A stretch of 64,000 nucleotides of DNA. It comes from Candidatus Neptunichlamydia sp. (lineage in GTDB: Bacteria > Chlamydiota > Chlamydiia > Chlamydiales > Simkaniaceae). Both the position numbers and the translations under genes were made by a program. Positions within the stretch are counted from its first letter, which is position 1. Each line of letters begins with the position of its first letter. The DNA lies in the NCBI GenBank assembly GCA_965233865.1, contig OZ247587.1, positions 1,408,001 through 1,472,000 of the forward strand. Reading direction: 5' to 3'. Shown piece by piece: positions 59,824 through 64,000 of the stretch. The notes below the pieces were generated by a model, which did not search any database, had not been told where the DNA came from, and saw only the letters and a list, made by a program, of their open reading frames with translations.

Positions 59824-60993
59824 ATGAAGTCAACAAGAGGTAATATGAGCTTCAGATTGTTAAATATTTCGGTATATATTCGTCCTACTTTCTGGATTTT
59901 TATGATTTTTTTTACGAGGGTTTACCAAAACCCTTCGGTTTATAGCTTGGTGTTGGGATTGGTTCTTGTGGTAAGCCTTTTGGTACATGAATTTGGGCAT
60001 GCCATGACGGCTCGGTATTATGGTACTCAGCCGACTGTGATTCTTGAAGCCTTTGGAGGAAGAGCAGAGTACGAAGGAAGGGGCATTAGTCCTAAGCAGG
60101 CTTTTTATATCACGCTGAACGGCCCTCTATTCGAAAGTCTTCTCATTCCTTTGTCTTACTTTTTGCTAAAATCGGGTATTTTTGATGGGCATTCATATAT
60201 CCAGTATTTCTTATACGCAACCATGCGCTTCAATATCCTTTGGTGTTTATTGAATCTCATTCCCGTTTTTCCACTTGATGGAGCACACCTAGTGCAGTAC
60301 TTTCTTGAGAAAAAATTTGGAGATAAGGGAGTTCAATCAACGCATATTCTTGGATTGGCATGTGTCATTTTGATTGCCCCTTATCTTTACTTCAAAGGTT
60401 TTTTCTTTTTTGGAACGCTCCTTCTTATCTTTGGGTACCGAAACTTTCGATTGCTTAAACAGGGCAAGATTTTATCAGGGCAAGACAGTCCATTTAAGCG
60501 GTATCTTCAGGGGGTGGAGGCTTTGAAGAACAATGATCTTGAAAGTGCAAAGACTCTTTTAAAGAAGCTTCTTAAGTCCAAAGATAGCCAAATAAAAACC
60601 TCTTCTGCGGAAGCACTAGCCCAGGTATATTACCAAGAACAAGACAAGAATAAGGCGTACCAGATTTTACTAAAAACCAACCATAACTGCCTAAAAGAGG
60701 GAAAGTATCTACTGTGTAAATTGGCTTTTGAAAGGGAGGATTATGCTCTTGTAGCCAATTATTCTAGAGATGTTTATAAACAAAACCCCTCTTTTGAAGT
60801 TGCGATCCTGAATTCTAAAGCTTTTGCTCACCTCAACAAAGTCAATCTTTCTGTGGGTTGGATGGAAACAGCTTGCCAATTTGGGGATGAGTATAGAAAA
60901 AAGGTACAAGATCACTTGCGCGATTCTGATTATGACTCAGTGAAGACACATGCACATTTTAAGAGTTTTATAGAGAAGCTTGATCCAGTTTAG
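59824..60993 (+). CDS. Site-2 protease (M50) with C-terminal TPR-like region
   Basis: HEFGH, NGP and NLIPVFPLDG motifs. Confidence 0.9.
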   Translation: MKSTRGNMSFRLLNISVYIRPTFWIFMIFFTRVYQNPSVYSLVLGLVLVVSLLVHEFGHAMTARYYGTQPTVILEAFGGRAEYEGRGISPKQAFYITLNGPLFESLLIPLSYFLLKSGIFDGHSYIQYFLYATMRFNILWCLLNLIPVFPLDGAHLVQYFLEKKFGDKGVQSTHILGLACVILIAPYLYFKGFFFFGTLLLIFGYRNFRLLKQGKILSGQDSPFKRYLQGVEALKNNDLESAKTLLKKLLKSKDSQIKTSSAEALAQVYYQEQDKNKAYQILLKTNHNCLKEGKYLLCKLAFEREDYALVANYSRDVYKQNPSFEVAILNSKAFAHLNKVNLSVGWMETACQFGDEYRKKVQDHLRDSDYDSVKTHAHFKSFIEKLDPV

Positions 60994-62090
60994 TAAACAT
61001 CTAATAAAAGACGTTTTTCTTTGCGGAGCATCTTGATGTATGGTTTTGGATCTTTACCTCCATGCGTTTGCACGATCGTATGGAGTGCTGCAGTCACATC
61101 TTTTGCCATGTGGCGGGCATCTCCACAAATATAGAGGTAAGCTCCCCTGCTCAGCGTCTCCCAAACAGCAAGGCCATTTCTAAGAAGCAGGTGTTGAACA
61201 TAGAGTTTTTCATTTTGATCGCGGGAGAATGCTAAGTCTAGGCGAAGGAAGTTTTCCTTCTCTAAAGATTCTAGGAAGTTTTCATAATAATAATCTGTTG
61301 CGCGGTTACGCTCGCCAAAAATGAGCCAGTTTTCTCCTGAGGCTTTTTGTGCGTTTCTCTCCTGCAAGAAAGCGCGGTAAGGAGCAATCCCTGTTCCCGG
61401 TCCAATCATAACAATAGGCGTAGTAGGATCTTTCGGCAGGACAAAATGAGGCGTGGGGTGTAGGTAGGTGTAGATGGGAGTATGGTGCATCGCTGCAATG
61501 TTACAAAGGAAATGAGAGCCAAGACCCTGACGCACTTTTTTTCCGTGGGTATAGTTAAACGTTGAGACGAGAAGATCGATAGAGTTAGGGCTTACTTTAG
61601 GAGAGGAAGCGATTGAATAAAAGCGGGGAAGGAGGGGAGCTAAATAAGAGATGAGCTCTTGCAAAGGAATCGTCGGGGGGTGAAGTTTAAAAAAATCGAT
61701 CAGATCATGAGAGTTGATAAACTGAATCCTAGCTTCTTTATTTTCGTCCCCAAGAAGGGAGGGATCTCCTGCAAGTTTTAAAATAGGAACGGGGATTCGA
61801 ATAAGGTTGGCTTTGGTTTTTAAAAAATGTTCCAAAGACATTGTAGCTCCAGAGCGAGGATCGGTGATCTCTTCATTCCCACTTTGGTTTAGAGCGTCTA
61901 ACAGTACATGGACCTCCTCAAGGGGGTTTTCAGGATAGATTCCAACAGCATCGCCAGGAGAATAAGAGACATTTGAATCTGAAAGATCGAGGGTTATATG
62001 ATACGTTTTTTTTGTGGAGCCCTCTTTATTAAGGATTAAACGCTCAGTAATTTTCGCCGGGAAAGGGTTGTTTTTATTATATTCTGTCAT
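60990..62090 (-). CDS. cysJ: Sulfite reductase flavoprotein-like FAD/NADPH oxidoreductase (no flavodoxin domain)
   Basis: PRFYSIASS, MIGPGTGIAPYR, AFSRDQ, YICGDA and LDVY motifs. Confidence 0.85.
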   Translation of the reverse strand: MTEYNKNNPFPAKITERLILNKEGSTKKTYHITLDLSDSNVSYSPGDAVGIYPENPLEEVHVLLDALNQSGNEEITDPRSGATMSLEHFLKTKANLIRIPVPILKLAGDPSLLGDENKEARIQFINSHDLIDFFKLHPPTIPLQELISYLAPLLPRFYSIASSPKVSPNSIDLLVSTFNYTHGKKVRQGLGSHFLCNIAAMHHTPIYTYLHPTPHFVLPKDPTTPIVMIGPGTGIAPYRAFLQERNAQKASGENWLIFGERNRATDYYYENFLESLEKENFLRLDLAFSRDQNEKLYVQHLLLRNGLAVWETLSRGAYLYICGDARHMAKDVTAALHTIVQTHGGKDPKPYIKMLRKEKRLLLDVY

Positions 62091-62206
62091 ATAAATAGAA
62101 GGTATGAAATTCTGTGTTTTATTTTTATCAGTTCTTTTTCTTTTGGGATGCGCCTCTAGTGACTACAACCCGCACTATATCGCTTCCGATACACTCGATG
62201 AGGAGA

Positions 62207-63706
62207 TTATGATTCCACCTGGGGAATCCTTCCATCCCACTTCTTCTTTAGAGCAGACATTCTCTTATTAGAGATCCCACCAAGAAATTCAATGCCATTG
62301 AGATGGCGTGCTCGCGTCCGATCTTTTCCTAAGATCGAGACGGAATCGAAAAGAGGTGGCCCTTGATGCTTTCCAGTGATTACAGCAAAAAGGATCCGCA
62401 TGATCACTTTTTTATGATTCAATTCAAAGAAAGTAGCCATTTCCCTTGAGGCTTTTTCAAAACCTTCCCGTCCCCAATTTTCCTGAGATTCCATGCTCCA
62501 AATCATGCACTGCAGAATCTCTGCAGATATTTCTTTAGCAGTTCCTTTAGGACAGAGGAGCTCCTCAGAGTAATTCAAGTGATTTACAAAAAGGAATTGG
62601 CAAAGCTCCATAAATTCCCCAAATGTTTTGATCCGAGTGTGGATCAAGGGGATGATCTTTGCCATCTTTTCATCAGAAAACCCCCACTCTTTGATCTTTT
62701 TCCAAAGGTCTTTTTCGGGAATGTTGTTGATCAAGTATTGCTGGTTAATCCAATCAAGTTTTTTTACATCAAAGAATGCACCAGAAACACCAACACGGTT
62801 TACTGAAAAATCTTTGATGATCTCATCAAGAGTATAAATTTCTTTATCCTCAGGCATACTGTAACCCATCAGAGTTAGGAAATTAATAAATGCATCTGGG
62901 AGATAACCACTTTCTTTATAGTAAAAAACGGAGGTAGGATTCTTTCGTTTTGAAAGCTTTTTCCCATCAGCTCCAAGAAGAAGGGGCATATGCATAAATT
63001 TGGGTCTTTCCCATCCAAATAGGTCGTATAAAAGAATATGCTTAGGTGTCGAAGATGTCCATTCATCTCCTCGAATGATGTGCGTAATTTTCATCAAGTG
63101 GTCGTCAACAACATTCGCAAGATGATAGGTTGGAAAGCCATCTGATTTCAGGAGAATCTGATCGTCAACATCGCTCCAAGGAGTTGTAATCCGACCTTTT
63201 GTCATTTCTTCGTAAACGCATTCACCAGTGAGCGGAACTTTTAAGCGCACCACATATGACTGTTCTAAGCTTTCCCGCTCCTGAATTTCTTCAGTGCTCA
63301 GATTGCGGTAGCGGCGGTCATACCCCATGCGTTTCCCCATTTTTGAGGCAAGTTCACGCATCTCCTTAAGCTCTTCAGGAGTTGCAAAGCATTTATAGGC
63401 ATGCCCGGCATCGAGAAGCTTTTGGCAGTATTCTCGGTAAATCTCAGTCCTCTCAGATTGTCTATAGGGTCCATAGGGACCTCCTACGTCTGGACCTTCA
63501 TCCCACTCAATACCTAGCCACTTCAAAGATTTAAAAATACTCTCTTCATATTCGGGACGGCTTCGTGACTGATCGGTGTCTTCAATGCGGAGTAAAAACT
63601 TTCCGCCATGACGCTTAGCAAAGATTAAATTAAGAAGAGACATGTAGGGTGTTCCTACGTGTGGATCTCCAGTCGGGGAGGGGGCTATACGTGTGCGGAC
63701 TTCCAT
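62207..63706 (-). CDS. gltX: Glutamate--tRNA ligase
   Basis: RIAPSPTGDPHVG, RIEDTD, YHLANVVDD, RGDEW and KLSKR motifs. Confidence 0.99.
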   Translation of the reverse strand: MEVRTRIAPSPTGDPHVGTPYMSLLNLIFAKRHGGKFLLRIEDTDQSRSRPEYEESIFKSLKWLGIEWDEGPDVGGPYGPYRQSERTEIYREYCQKLLDAGHAYKCFATPEELKEMRELASKMGKRMGYDRRYRNLSTEEIQERESLEQSYVVRLKVPLTGECVYEEMTKGRITTPWSDVDDQILLKSDGFPTYHLANVVDDHLMKITHIIRGDEWTSSTPKHILLYDLFGWERPKFMHMPLLLGADGKKLSKRKNPTSVFYYKESGYLPDAFINFLTLMGYSMPEDKEIYTLDEIIKDFSVNRVGVSGAFFDVKKLDWINQQYLINNIPEKDLWKKIKEWGFSDEKMAKIIPLIHTRIKTFGEFMELCQFLFVNHLNYSEELLCPKGTAKEISAEILQCMIWSMESQENWGREGFEKASREMATFFELNHKKVIMRILFAVITGKHQGPPLFDSVSILGKDRTRARHLNGIEFLGGISNKRMSALKKKWDGRIPQVES

Positions 63707-64000
63707 GGGAAATTACTTTTGGTTAAAAAAGTCTATTTTAGACTTTTTCTCAATTATACCCAAACAAATTCAAAAGGCAACTCCAAGGAAAGCTTAGATC
63801 TTGTCTTTTCTCTAAGTAAGGTTTTGCATAAAGGGAAATCATGAAGGTTTAGAGAGGGGATAAGATGATTGGGGCGATCTGTTTCAAGGAGTTGGTTATA
63901 GGATAAAGGATGGGGTTTCATTTTTGTAATTGTATTGGAACATAAGATCTCCCAGCCTTTCCATGTTTCTCAGCCTCCAGCAGCCATCTTCAGAGGCCGT

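Noticed and set aside
1..64000. CRISPR array or other short tandem-spaced repeats
   Set aside because: None seen; the repeats present are IS copies, NTT paralogs, Rhs cassettes and protein-level repeats
63841..64000. Possible 3' end of a minus-strand gene at the window edge
   Set aside because: Too little sequence to assign frame or product

Overview
Chromosomal window of an environmental member of the Chlamydiota. This is inferred from gene content and order: tolQ-tolR-tolA-like-tolB-pal-LysM, rho-coaE-polA-sppA, tandem Npt/NTT nucleotide transporters, dnaQ-engB-tsaE-DUF2709, argS/murA, ispF...cysJ-like and gltX; a Simkaniaceae-like lineage is plausible but not provable here. Most of the window is housekeeping backbone, with three accessory zones. 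(1) 1-3.3 kb: tRNA-Glu/tRNA-Lys, a glycosyltransferase-like gene stump, a dead IS630, and a broken secreted toxin-like gene divergent from an immunity-like gene. (2) 23-24.3 kb: a second dead IS630 nested in an IS256 stump. (3) About 46.4-61 kb between ispF and cysJ: an Rhs polymorphic-toxin locus whose swappable tips are joined by a 150-bp identical repeat lying downstream of the DPxG cleavage motif, a macrodomain fragment ending in a bipartite NLS-like tail, an Rpn nuclease with a palindromic operator, a Phd-like antitoxin, and a Ti-type TraA/oriT/TraD mobilisation module. Other notable items: a TonB-anchor-like VWA protein plus a large TPR protein near tol-pal, an ATP-grasp-murA-lysine aminomutase cluster, and an apparent ACG start codon for tolB. 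All assignments come from manual motif recognition; no database searches were run.
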